A stretch of 64,000 nt of DNA, from the NCBI RefSeq assembly GCF_001194135.2, contig NC_068984.1, positions 65,930,211-65,994,210 on the forward strand. Reading direction: 5' to 3'. Below are positions 23,387 to 36,300 of this stretch, piece by piece (the first letter of the stretch is position 1; each line of letters begins with the position of its first letter). The notes beneath the pieces were generated by a model. It made no database searches. It worked only from the letters and a program-made list of their open reading frames with translations, and had not been told where the DNA came from. Both the position numbers and the translations under genes were made by a program. The stretch is from Octopus bimaculoides. Taxonomy: Eukaryota.

Positions 23387-24436
23387 ACAAACACAAAGGC
23401 TGAAGGGGAAAAGTGTGGGAGAAAAATAATACCACATTAGAATTGTGAACTATGGCAGAGCAAGAAGGAATAAAAAATAAAAAAAGAGGACACATGACAC
23501 TAGTCTTTACAAAATTCAATTAAAGGTTAAGATACATCAGAATTGTAGTACATTATGATGCTTGTAAGTGTAGTTCAAGGATAACATTGACAGGGGAAAT
23601 GAATAAATAATCGCTATTCAATATTAATGAGACTAGTTCAGACAAACTCAAGAAGCAGTTGAGTTTTAGAGACTGTGAAAAAAGATAGACTAGGAAATAC
23701 ATGAAATGATAATGAGACAGGTTAATCCTCATAATTTGAAAAGTAATTATTTTCATGTTTGTCTTTCTTTTTTCTTTTTCTTCAGCTTTTTTTTGTTTTA
23801 CTATGTAAAAGCAATACCTCAATCAAGTTATTGAAAAATGTATATATGTAATTTTTTAAGAGTATGCACTTGGAAAATTTAGATAATCATAGAGCTTTAT
23901 TATTCTATAGAGTAATGTACAATTAGACAAAATTGTGCAAGTAGCAAACACTAAATATATTATATGGATTTAATGATTAAGCAAGTAGAATTAACAAAGC
24001 TTTAAACATTTCCAAAGGAGGAAAGAGAGAAGTTAATGTCCATGGATAATGATAATGAAGACCAAAATATTAGTGATAATTGTAGCAGAAGTAAGCTTAA
24101 ATAGACATGGAATAAAAAATAAATTCTAAAGTAATTTAGAATTTTCAAAGCTAAGAAAAGATGTTTAAAGAATTTGAAAGGAATTTGCCAGCTTTCAGTG
24201 ACACCAGTGATTAGTCACTATCTCCCCATATATTGGTGGAGGAGAATTATGGTCAGCATGCAATGTTAGTGAATAGCTACTGCTGATGAGATGCAAAACA
24301 TCCTGAAAGCACTTGATATAGCAGTAATAACACCAGTGCTGGGTCACTCACCTGGTATGAGACCTTCTTAAGACAAATACCAAATATTACAGCGCTCTTA
24401 TAAACTATTCATCTAAAGTAGATTACAAAGACTGCA

Positions 24437-24469
<33 letters not shown>

Positions 24470-24532
24470 TATAGTTAGTTGCAAAGGAAACAAGTCAGGG
24501 ACACCATGTTGCAGTAAGCACAATGAAAATTT

Positions 24533-25266
24533 GGATCTATTTTAAAACGGGGGCCACAGTTTTCATTAATGTTTTACGTAGTGTTTTTGGTGCCGAAAGA
24601 CTTTCAAACTTCGTATACTTATCTATTTTGTGTTATAGAACAGAAAAATATTTTTGTATTCGAATTTATTTCATGTAAAAAATTGTCTTATCTCGATAAT
24701 TTCAACCAATCACTGACAAGTATTCAGTTGTTTACATTTACTCCTTTGGCTGATTAAGCAGTGTAAAGCGTATTTCATCTCCATAGCTTCGTTTTATTTG
24801 CTTTTTTCATTTTCTTTTTTTTTTCTTCGTTTTATTTGCNNNNNNNNNNNNNNNNNNNNNNNNNNNNNNNNNNNNNNNNNNNNNNNNNNNNNNNNNNNNN
24901 NNNNNNNNNNNNNNNNNNNNNNNNNNNNNNNNNNNNNNNNNNNNNNNNNNNNNNNNNNNNNNNNNNNNNNNNNNNNNNNNNNNNNNNNNNNNNNNNNNNN
25001 NNNNNNNNNNNNNNNNNNNNNNNNNNNNNNNNNNNNNNNNNNNNNNNNNNNNNNNNNNNNNNNNNNNNNNNNNNNNNNNNNNNNNNNNNNNNNNNNNNNN
25101 NNNNNNNNNNNNNNNNNNNNNNNNNNNNNNNNNNNNNNNNNNNNNNNNNNNNNNNNNNNNNNNNNNNNNNNNNNNNNNNNNNNNNNNNNNNNNNNNNNNN
25201 NNNNNNNNNNNNNNNNNNNNNNNNNNNNNNNNNNNNNNNNNNNGCCCCCCGTTTTAAAATAGATCC
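24533..25266. mobile_element. Young non-autonomous DNA transposon with GG-ended 21-bp TIRs and 8-bp target-site duplication (Merlin- or MULE-like); interior partly gapped
   Basis: GGATCTATTTTAAAACGGGGG at 24533 and its perfect reverse complement ending at 25266. The direct repeat GAAAATTT lies at 24525-24532 and 25267-25274. Confidence 0.85.
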
Positions 25267-25382
25267 GAAAATTTTAACACTGAATAATAAATGATTAAGT
25301 GAAGTTTACTGATTTTATGCCATTTTTGAATGGCAAAGATCTTTTCATGCAGTAATTGTTACACACACACACACACACACAC

Positions 25383-25765
25383 CATCATCATCATCATCAT
25401 CATCATTGTTTAACGTCCATTTTCCATGCTGGCATGGCTTGGACGGTTTGACTGGGGACTGGCAAGCTGGGAGGCCCCAACAGGCTACAATCTGATCTGG
25501 CAATGTTTCTATAGCTGGATGCCCTTCCTAAAGCCAACCACTCCAAGAGTGTAGTGGGTGCTTTTCATGTGCCAATGGCACGGGAGCCAGTCAGGCGGTA
25601 CTGGCATCAACCACGTTTGGATGGTGCTTTTTATGTGCCACCGGCACGGGGAGCCACTCAGGTGGCACTGGCAACGACACACGCATGAATGGTGCTTATT
25701 GCATGCCACCAGCATAAGAGCCAGTCAGGTAGCACTGGCATCAGCCACAACTACAATTTCCATTT
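25383..25765 (-). mobile_element. RTE 3' UTR copy with (CAT)n tail on the plus strand
   Basis: (CAT)n-TTGTTTAACGTCC...GCTGGATGCCCTTCCTAA...GTAGTGGGTGCTTTT, followed by ~4 tandem units. Confidence 0.9.
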
Positions 25766-26755
25766 GATTGTGATTTGATTTTAGATAGTTCTGATGATAG
25801 TGAGTTTTCAGTGGCCAGAAGGGAAAGGAAATCTATAGAGATGAAATCAGTGTATAACAATTTATGACAGTAACAGTAATTAATAGAAATATACTCAACT
25901 TGCTTTCTGCTAGTAATTCTTTTTGTTTATGAGTGTATTAAAATTTTCTAAAAACATGTGGAAACATTATTTTATGATTTACTTTTGCAAAGATTTAAAC
26001 TGTCAGATTTTGCTGTTAATATAAGCAGATTGTGTCTTAATCTTTGATACTGTTACTGAACCTAAATAGATTTTGTTCGTAATCAGTATAATATTTTAGT
26101 GTTAGGACAGTTCAATAACGAAGAGAAAATGTGGATTATTTTGATTTATGGCAAAATCAAGTAATGACAAGGACAGTTGCTCTATTTCCAGCTTTTTGTA
26201 ACTGGGATTATGCTATACTAAGCTTTCATATAATGAAAATTGAGAAGATGTGTATTCTTTTTAAAGGCAGAAAGCAATATGAATTATAAATATATAAAAA
26301 TACGAAATAAAACTAAGTTAAACAAAATGTTGTATAAAAAATAGTCTAAAGTAATCTCAAAGTGTTAATAAACCCAAATATTAGAAACTTGAATAAACAG
26401 CATTTTGAAAAGGCATAATGCAAGAGTTTATCTATAACATTAAACAAAGTTTGTAATTGTGTATTACCATTCTTAAAATAGTTGGGTTTGCCGTCCAACA
26501 ACAGGGCCAGTGATAATTCAACTCCCAACAAATATTAACACTTTGGAAAACTTGAGTTCAGGAGAGGCCCACATGGAATGTTACTCCAACAACTAAAATG
26601 GTGCTGCTCAGACTGACATTCTAGGTCACACCTAAAAAGCAGACCAGACAAATGACTGGCATAAAGTCACTCAGAACATGCCCCAGCTCCCCACCCATAT
26701 ATGTGTTGCTTCTTCTACAACAACTATAATGGCCTTTGCTTCTCAGAGTTAATGT

Positions 26756-26872
26756 CTTCTTCACTCAGGCATTCTCAACGCAGACATTCTCACTTAGGCA
26801 TTCTCAACCCAGGCATTTTCACTTAGGCATTCTCACTCAGACGTTCTCACTCAGGCATTCTCAACTCACAGG
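26756..26872. repeat. 14-17-bp minisatellite (consensus CATTCTCACTCAGG), about 8 units
   Basis: Units CATTCTCAACGCAGA / CATTCTCACTTAGG / CATTCTCAACCCAGG / CATTTTCACTTAGG / CATTCTCACTCAGA / CGTTCTCACTCAGG / CATTCTCAACTCACAGG, preceded by a partial unit. Confidence 0.9.
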
Positions 26873-26912
26873 TGTTTCTCAACCTCATCTCCTCACATTA
26901 TCTTTTTCTCAT

Positions 26913-26961
26913 TCAGTTTTTCATTCCTAGGATATCAGTTTTTCATTCCTAGGATATCAGT
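26913..26961. repeat. Perfect 22-bp tandem duplication
   Basis: TCAGTTTTTCATTCCTAGGATA twice, plus TCAGT. Confidence 0.95.
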
Positions 26962-27574
26962 CAACTGAAGTTTCTTCCCTTTCATATCTTTTCTTCAAGT
27001 GTTCACAAGCAAAAGAAACTAGTCTAGAAGGACTTGAAATGGCTGTGGACAATGCCCCTTTGTTCAGACCCAGCAAATAAAAATAAATATAAACAGACAT
27101 ATTACTGCACTCACCCCAAATTTAAATATAAAAACAAGTTTGTATGCTTTAAATGAACTAATGGAATGAATAGACTAAACAAAGGATTTTGATGGAATAG
27201 ATTACTATTTATTTTTGGACATAAACAGAAAAGGTAATGACTTTTTTTTTTTTTTTGCAGAAAACATTCATTAATCTTCTTTTCTCAGTGTATATAAATA
27301 TTCTCATTTGCTCATAATTCATATAATTTTGTTTTTAAATTTTGTGCCATTTTGCACAAGTAGCTTATTCAAATTAATTTCCTACAGGAATTTATCATGC
27401 TGAAAATTGAAATCAAAGACTGAGCATTTCAAGACTATTCATTATTATCAGCCATTAATAATAACAAGAAACAACCTAAGTTGAGATGGGACAAAAGTAG
27501 AGTGTAGACAATTTCATAATAATTCTGTTTGTCACTGCATTACTTAGCCCGTTGGTAATGCTTTCATGTGATTA

Positions 27575-27945
27575 GAGAAAAAGAGGAGAACAGAAAGAGG
27601 GAGAGAGTGAAAGAAGGGAGGGAGAAAAAGTGAGAGAGGAAAGCATCCATGACATGAGGTAGAAGGAATGTAATTGTAACACTTTCACACGATTAGTTAA
27701 AGGGAGAGAGAGGAGAAACAAAAAGAAGAGAGCAAAAGAGAATAAGGCAAAGAGTGCAACAGAAAGAGGGAGAAAGAAGAAAGAGCTAGAAGCATCCATG
27801 ATGTGTGGTAGGGGGAATGTAATAATTTTAGCAGAGGGGTGATGTTCTGATGCTGAGGTTAAAGGCAGAGAGAGAGAGACAGACAGACAGATAATGAGGA
27901 GAGATGGGAATTGAGATGATGGAGGTGGTGGTGATGACTGAATAG
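27575..27945. repeat. Purine-rich low-complexity tract with an old 149-bp-period duplication
   Basis: AAGCATCCATGA...GGTAG...GGAATGTAAT occurs at 27641 and 27790. Confidence 0.7.
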
Positions 27946-28952
27946 TGAAAAGTGTATTTTTTAAAATTGAATTAAGTTTTTTATATCGCCTATCACTTAA
28001 TGCATGCACATAAGTGCAATTCAATGAAATATACTCACTTATATATGTGGCAGATATTTAACTAAAGTTTGTATCATATATATGGGATATTTTTTGTATA
28101 TGGGGGAAATGGAGAAATAAGAGTGAATATGTATTTTATGAGTGCAATATATTAAGTCTATAAAATTGTGCGTAAAGTATATAAAGTGTATATATATATA
28201 TAAAGTGCATTAAGTAATATTCGTATTCCAATTTCTTTCACTTTTCAATGAGTAGCAGATGAGTGGCTGTCTTTCCATACAGACGCAACACAGGATACAC
28301 TTTCAGGTTTTTGGGATAAAGTTTCCAAAAATAATCCAATAGGTTTCCCATTAATTCTGAGAAATATTCATGGATCCCATTAGTTTATACTTGTAGTGCT
28401 AATAAATATACTGAAGACATGGAATATATTTTTTATCACAATATTTCATTCATCTTCTTTATCTATTCTCTCATGCAAACATCATACCCAAACATTCTAC
28501 ACCCACTATCATTGTTATCCTTATTTTGATTAAAGTTAAGTTGATGAAACACAACATATTAAAGATCCTAAACTCAGAAAAACCAGAGCAATGAACTAAT
28601 TAAAATATTTCAATATTGAAGGAAAATACATGAATGTTTAAAAAAATCATATGATATGTTGGTTGCTTAATTGCTAAAAAGAGAGTCTATGATATCTCAA
28701 ATAAATGAATATATTCAGTCTGAGTAAACAACTAAAACTATTTAATCAATTTTTTATTTGCATTAACTGTCAGCATAGATTTGTCTTTTTCATGATAAAG
28801 GCATTTTGTTTACAAATAATATCCTCAGTTGTTATACAGACCAAAGAGAAAAAAAAAAACTACCTTCTTAACTCTAAAGCACTTAAATTATGTTTAGAAG
28901 CATCTCAAAATGCAATGTAATTGATGTTCATTATATATTTTGAATTGTTAAT

Positions 28953-29341
28953 CTCTTACTCTTTTACTTGTTTCAGTCATTTGACTGTGGCCATGCTGGA
29001 GCACCGCCTTTTGTCGCGCAAATCAACCCCAGGACTTATTCTTTGGAAGCCTAGTACTTATTCTATCGGATCTCTTTTGCCGAACCACTAAGTTACGAGG
29101 ATGCAAACACACTAGCATCGGTTGTCAAGCGATGTTGGGGGGGGACAAACACAGACACACAAATGTATATATATACACATATACGATGGACTTCTTTCAG
29201 TTTCCGTCTACCAAATCCACTCACAAGGCTTTGGTCGGCCCGAGGCTATAGTTGAAGATACTTGCCCAAGGTGTCACACAGTGGGACTGAACCCAGAACC
29301 ATGTGGTTGGTAAGCAAGCTATTTACCACACAGCCACTCCT
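28953..29341 (-). mobile_element. Family B CORE-like SINE, near full length
   Basis: Head (minus) AGGAGTGGCTGTGTGGTAAATAGCTTGCTTACCAACCACATGGTTCTGGGTTCAGTCCCAC, CORE-like CACCTTGGGCAAGT, and tail ...CATGGCCACAGTCAAATGACTGAAACAAGTAAAAGAGTAAGAG. Confidence 0.92.
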
Positions 29342-29504
29342 AGAGAAGAAATCAGAAAAAGTTGTTTCATCACATTACTTGTATTCACTTAGGGCAATAT
29401 TTCTCCATAGCCAGAGATCTTTCCATAGAATACTGGAAACAACAAACAGAAAAAAAACCTCTGTTCATATACGATGATGCTTGTTTACCACTATCTTGTG
29501 ATGT

Positions 29505-29680
29505 CAAATGAAGGAGTCACAAACAGAGCCATGCACACTTTCAGTTTCCCTCCACCAAATCTACTCACAAGGCTTTTGTCAGCTCAAAGTTATAGTAGAA
29601 AAGTGCTACCTAAGATACCATAAAGTTGAGCTGAACCTGAAACCACGTGGTTGAGAAATGACCTTCTTAACCTAACAACT
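29505..29680 (-). mobile_element. Older family B SINE 5' portion
   Basis: CTTTCAGTTTCCCTCCACCAAATCTACTCACAAGGCTTT...CTGAACCTGAAACCACGTGGTTG. Confidence 0.7.
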
Positions 29681-29937
29681 ACATGGAAAAATTCCCAGGA
29701 TAACTACAACTAAAGACAAGCTAACATTCAATGAACATTGCTCAAGAAGCAGAGATGAATTAATCCACTAAGTGCTATTATGGGAACCAACACAATCAAA
29801 ATGAAAGCAAGGAAGATTTGCAGCAACATACACTGGGCTGTTAGAATGTGACACTTTTATCCGATGTGAACTTGTGCTAGCTGCAGTAGGAGACAAGGAT
29901 TAATGAAAGCTCACTGTTAATGAAGCCCAGTCAAAAT

Positions 29938-30010
29938 TGGTTTGTTGTTGTTGTTGTTGTTGGTGGTGGTGGTGATGGTGACTACAACAAAAGCAATGGC
30001 AACAACAATG
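29938..30010. repeat. (GTT)n(GGT)n / (CAA)n microsatellite cluster
   Basis: Seen directly in the sequence. Confidence 0.85.
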
Positions 30011-31138
30011 AAGAGGGTGAATTTAGACTATAAATCAAGAAAACTGGAAATTTTTATGCACAATTTACTTTTTACAGTTTTGTCCTTTTGTTGGAATATT
30101 TAGCAAAGAAGTAGACCATTTATTTCCCAGTTGCATACAAAATAAGACTTTTGACCCTAACATACTGGAAAAAAGGAAACATTAAGAGTTGGTAAAAAGA
30201 ATACTTAATGAAATATAAAATGAAGTATACGACAGCTTCTGTATTTCAATATATATGGCAAAACAAGAAAAATTAGCATAACTTCTAGTTAATAAGCAAA
30301 TGCTATATTGTATTAAATTGAAAAAGATAAATAGACAAGTTAATAAAGATAAAAAAAAACTAGTTTAACCCTCTTGGCATGAATTCTTAAGAGTCTTTCT
30401 TACTATATATATTAATATAGATCATTTTTGTTTAGTGATTATGCATCTCTCAAAATTGGCAGCATGGTTTTGTTTCATTTTTTGGTTGCAAGAATACATT
30501 GTATACATCATTATTTTTTAATGCAACTGCAGTGCCTCCAGGATTTAATAATGATATGTTAATTATTAATTTATATCTAAAACAAATCTCTGCAATCCTA
30601 AGTAAATTAATATATTCCATTTTAGTAAAAAAGAAAAAAAAAAGAAAAAATTTAACTGACAAATAAATGTATGCTGACAAATGTCCATTAACATATATTT
30701 GTATTTTTCCCCATAATGGCATTTTGCTTGCAAATAATATCTTCAATCATTACATACAGATAAAGGTGTACATTCTTAACTAAAACAGCATTTAAATTAT
30801 GTTTCAAAGCATCGCGGAACTCAACATAATTGATAAAGTTATTTCTGAAAATTTGCTAGTAAATTGTTGTTTATGCATTAACTAGTGAATATAATTGTCA
30901 CCTCAGAGATCAGGTTGAGTGACTACTTCTCTGCATTGAGAGATTTTACATCACCAGTACTACGGACATCAATGATGGTTACTTCTGTAAAACCCTATGG
31001 AGGAGGAGCTGGAGTAATCTACCCCCTTGACCCTCTTATGAACAGTGAGCAGAAAAAATGGATGGATGCAAATTTTAAATAGACACAATTATACGATATA
31101 ATTGTCCTGAACTACTCAAATAAAGGGACATTTATTAA

Positions 31139-31342
31139 CCCTTTACCATTCAAACTAGCCATACCTAGCCCAAATATTCTACTTGTTCTATGTTCAAACC
31201 TGTCAGATCTGGCTGCTTACACCTACCCTAGAATGTCATTTTAAAAATGAACAGTCGCATCAAAATTTTGAAGTTATGAAATAATGCATGATTAATTTAA
31301 AACATATTGCATTCACTTATTTGACAAAATAATCTGAAAGGG
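31139..31342. mobile_element. piggyBac-like MITE, 204 bp, intact TTAA target-site duplication
   Basis: TTAA(31135-31138)-CCCTTTACCATT ... AATCTGAAAGGG-TTAA(31343-31346). Confidence 0.75.
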
Positions 31343-31729
31343 TTAAATACACTGAGTGAATACATGGAAGTCATATAATTAGAAAAAATAGTTTAGGCAA
31401 ATAATTAAAGGCAGCATGCTCCTCTGATTGAGTTGGATTGCATTTAGAAGCAATAAGTAATTTTTTTTCATGTCAAATGGTTTATCAATCAGTACAACAT
31501 ACTATACATGAAAGGAACTAAACAATGCCAACAAAGTATGGCTAAAAAAATTCCATATTTTAACATAAACTGGTGTGCATTCCATACCATTAAGGGTATC
31601 TGAGTTAGAAAATCATGTCTTCATAGAGCTAAAATATTAATAATGTGACTTTGTTACTTTCAGGTCTGTCTACTACTTCACAGATGAGTAGCATCTTATT
31701 CCATTGGGCTACCATCAAAATTCTTTTGG

Positions 31730-31841
31730 CTTATATATGGATGTACATGCACATGTATATATACATATGCACATTTATACATACATATACACACACATAT
31801 ATATATACTTATAAATGTATATAGTGTGTATTTATACATAC

Positions 31842-31872
<31 letters not shown>

Positions 31873-32197
31873 CACATACATATATACAGACACATTTACA
31901 TATAGATATATACATAAATACATACGCATATATGTATGAGTGTGTCTATATAAAAGTGTCTGTATATGTATTTATAAAAGTGCATACATATATCAATATA
32001 TATACACACAGACATGTATGTGATATATTATATACACACACATTACACAGATATATAAAAGGTGACAGAGAAAAGATATTACGCAGGGTAGACAGACTGA
32101 TAGGCAGATTGGTACACACATGATTGTCTGCCTATTGATACAACTACATACATCTTTCTGTCTATGTTTGACAGTTTTTCAACATTTCTATGAATTA

Positions 32198-32245
<48 letters not shown>
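31730..32245. repeat. Compound (TA)/(CA) degenerate microsatellite field
   Basis: Seen directly in the sequence. It is the source of the Y/I/H/T-rich pseudo-ORFs. Confidence 0.9.
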
Positions 32246-33242
32246 GTCTCTGTTTCTGTCTATGTATATGCATTTACTTTGTATTGGGTAGAATTGAAAA
32301 TTAGCTGTTGGTGTCAGTTGGTTCAAATTCTTTTGACACAATTCTAGGACATTAAGCAATACTGATTTACTCAGGTTCTAAAATAAGAAAGTTATATAAC
32401 TCACACACACACACACACATTGACTAAATCGTCTTGCGCTATGTTAAAGCTAGATCTCATTCATGTCAGACATATCTTTTGAATTTCCTAAATTTTATAT
32501 CTAGAATGATGGGAAATATGATTCATGCACTGACATCTTCCGTGACAAGAATACTATATATGTATGCACATATGTATATACACACGTGTGTGTGTGTGTG
32601 TGTGTGTGTGTCTGTGTCTGTGTATTTGTGCATTCGAGAAATGGAAACCTCTTCAAGTCAAGTCTTCAGATAAAGAATTTCAGAATGTGGACGACATCCT
32701 TTTTTTATACACAAGTTTACAGTTGCTGATTACCCACAAAAGGAAAGATGAAACTGATTTTTGGTACAGAATATGTTTGTGTTTTGTCATGAAGGAAATA
32801 TTTAATCTCTATTTAGCTGTTTTATATCTGTGGCATAATATTTTTTATATTTTTAATACATTTATATTTTACCTCCCCAAGTATTGCTGATGGTGGTGAC
32901 ATTTCCTAACCTAACTTGTCACCTACTACTGATGTTGATAGCAATATCAGTAATAAATCTCTACATTCCTTCTTCAATGCATCTAATAAATCCTATGATA
33001 TTAAAGGCATCTATCTCATTAACCTTTCAGTAGCAGATTATACATTGTCTTATGTAGATAAGAAAATAGAGAGAATATTTTTGACAAATTAATAAGAATC
33101 TAAAGAAACTTAGTTTCAAGTGCAATACAACAGGATACAATATGATGAGAGCCCAGAAGCTTGGTATTATCGATATAAACAAACTGTAGAAGTTGGTAAA
33201 ATGTATTAAAAGTAAAGAAATAGTATCTTTCCCTAAAGTTGC

Positions 33243-33303
33243 ATTTAGTGCAGAATAGCTTTGTACAGTTTGCCAAGCTGTACATAGCTATTTTGCACTA
33301 AAT
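33243..33303. other. 61-nt near-perfect hairpin (26-bp arms, 24/26 complementary)
   Basis: ATTTAGTGCAGAATAGCTTTGTACAG - tttgccaag - CTGTACATAGCTATTTTGCACTAAAT. Confidence 0.85.
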
Positions 33304-36300
33304 ATCCAGTCTATGTAATTGCATATCAATAGCAAAAGAGAGGTAACACTACAGGAACACACACACACACACGAAAAAAAAAATCACCAGTTCCTTGAAT
33401 GCCCATGAGCGTTATGTATAGCATTCTCCAACCAAGAAGTTATCCTGGAAACAACTCCCATTCCACCAACAATTGTACACCATACAAATTCCAGTGAGCC
33501 AAATTAAAACTTTGAGCACTGATTTCATATATAATTTCCACCAGCATAAGAAAATGACATTGGAAAATCATATATTAAAATTTGACAGTAAACAAATTTC
33601 GAGGAGAAGGGTTGCTACAACCAGTTACAGTGTCGCCGAGTGCTGCAGTAGCTTGTACAATACAAATGTATGCAAAAATGTCAATGTAATTATTTAAGCA
33701 AAGAAATCCAGGATATTGAGTAAATTGTATAGTGAGAAAATGAGAAGAAATTTCAAATAATGTGATAATAAAACGAACAATGAATATCTCATGGATGCAA
33801 TTCTATTTTGAGAAAGTTTAGGTAGTATCCAATAAAGTATTAGCATCATATAATTTTATCCTTGATTTTTGATAAACACATCCTATTTTGTTAAAAAAAT
33901 TAATATACTTTAAATGTTCTTAAATTAAGTGATGTATATTTCTGTAGTAATATTTATACTATCATTAACTGCATTAGGCTAATTTACAATTTTCCTGTTT
34001 AAATCTAAGTCATAAATTGTCTTTCGTTTCATACCCAATTTCCATTGGAAGTGATAAAGGGAACAGAAGTAACACTTAATCTCTTGTATACACTTGTCTT
34101 CAAATTAACTGATACTACTATATATAAAATATATATATATATANNNNNNNNNNNNNNNNNNNNNNNNNNNNNNNNNNNNNNNNNNNNNNNNNNNNNNNNN
34201 NNNNNNNNNNNNNNNNNNNNNNNNNNNNNNNNNNNNNNNNNNNNNNNNNNNNNNNNNNNNNNNNNNNNNNNNNNNNNNNNNNNNNNNNNNNNNNNNNNNN
34301 NNNNNNNNNNNNNNNNNNNNNNACGTGTGTGTTTTGTGTTATATGTGTGGTACTGAATGCAGCACATCATGACAGATTTAATCTAAGGTATAATATCAAA
34401 AAGTGCTCAACAAATATTCCCCACACCTATGCACATTAGTTAATTGAAATTCTTTTTACTATAAATCAATTTTCATTTAAAAATTTCCATCAAATACTAA
34501 CTACTCCCTTCACATATACTGATGCATGCATATTCACAAACCTAAACTCATATTCGATACACAATATTAATTTGCTTCAGGTGATCACCTAACTAGTCAG
34601 TGAGACTGACTTTAAAGATTATTTCCTTTGTAAGTTTAGAGATTTTAGTCATCCTGAATAACTTACTTCCCCTCAATGGATTGTTTTATATTATTACAGA
34701 TAAAATAGTGTAACATGGCCGGAAATAATCAATTTTAAAATTAATCTGAAACCGGAAATACAACTTATCAATTTCTTCAATGATATTCCACAATGGAAAT
34801 TCAAAACATCTTTGTTTTTCAACTGTTAACAAAACCAAAGCAAAGAAAATAGTATACGAATTTGAGTATATTTTTATAAAGGATAGAATAAATGGAAGTG
34901 TGTAACTCAATATAAATATAACTATAAAATAAAAAACCTCTAAAGATTCTAATACTGTTGATATATGTATGTGCATCTCTGTATGTGCATCTCNNNNNNN
35001 NNNTATATATATATATAAGTCCATTTTTATTGGATATATGAGTATAAATATATCACTGAATACATATATCTATCAGAAATTTATTCAATTCATGCTTAGG
35101 TACTTTGAACACTAACAAGTCCATTGATGACAATTTAAGAGAATAACTTCAAAGATTATTACTCCTGCGTCTCTGTTTTCACCTCAGAATAACATCCTTT
35201 TTTCCAGCTTTATAATTTTTCATTTCAAATTCCACCGTTTCAAATTTATTTCCTTTGTTGCATATTTGCATGCATACATGTATAAACAATTATATATTCA
35301 AACCAAATCAATATGCTTAATATACAAATGTGCATCCAGTGGTATTCCTTTAAGAAAGAACAATTAAATTCAAGCTGAATGGTTTTCAAATTTCATGTTG
35401 TTAACTTTTGTTACTCACATCAAATGATTATTAAACTGTTTCACACCAAAATCATATATATATTTATGCTTAAATATCATTAGAAACATTTCAATTCATC
35501 ACAAAGCATCAAAGCTTAAATATATTTTACCATCTTGCACGTAGTAAATCCTGCAAGCCCTTGAATAGTAATGAGTACCTCAAATGATTGATTTTATGCA
35601 TGGTATCTAAAGTAAATAAAAGGAGGCTGCACATTGCCAATCTAAGAAAGCTGAACTCAGTGATGCAAACTAACTGATGCATACTTTAGTGCTCTCCTCC
35701 TATCTGATAATTTTATAGCTAATAGACTGACCTGTTTCAAAGTGAAGAGAAACTTAATGTACAACTAACAGACATGAAGCAAAAACAGTCAACTCTTTGC
35801 TGACTGTGAACTATATTAAGTACCTTAAAATATCAGTCAAGTATCCTCATTTCATAATATGTAAGCCAATTCACCCTATTGCAAAGATGGCTTATACAAA
35901 ACACAATAAACACATTTTTAAGGAAGTAGAAACACAAATTCTACAGTAAAATTATCATATGCTCAAAAGTATAATAACTTGGAATTTTGATTGTCTGAAA
36001 CGGACTCAAGTTAAGGACTCAATGTCAAATAAATTAGTTCATTGACCAACAAATGCAAATTAAAAATATTTTTCCCTGATGTTTTAATTAATCAAAGAAT
36101 CTACTGTAGATGCTGAACAGGTTATCATTTTGATGTCAACATTGATGGCAATGAGGACGAGAGCAAACTATAAAGAAAAATATTTCAGTCTACAATTTAC
36201 AACAAAAAAAACAAAAAATCATTTCATAACAGCATGGAATACAACAAATAACCCCAATACCAGGAAATATAGAAAGAGATAGGAATTTGGGCAAATATCA

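Noticed and set aside
24275-24330. Second hammerhead-like string CTGATGA-GATG-caaaa-CATC-ct-GAAA
   Set aside because: There are two extra nucleotides before GAAA, no stem III, and no UH triplet in front of the possible stem I strand, so it is most likely chance.
24279-24405. Overlapping exon-like segments on both strands (plus: TADEMQNILKALDIAVITPVLGHSP before GTATGA; minus: SAVIFGICLKKVSYQ before GTGAGT)
   Set aside because: The acceptors lack polypyrimidine tracts, the peptides are unrecognised, and the two readings conflict.
26570-27060. Possible solo LTR (TGTTAC...GGACA)
   Set aside because: I found no matching target-site duplication, PBS or PPT, so the boundaries are unsupported.
27572-28024. 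150-aa hydrophobic minus-strand ORF, also 55783-56110
   Set aside because: Reverse complement of purine-rich low-complexity DNA, so the apparent transmembrane composition is an artefact.
30964-30984. 21-nt minus-strand microexon candidate (EVTIIDV) after TTTTACAG
   Set aside because: The donor is GTAGTA, which is weak, and there is no other support.
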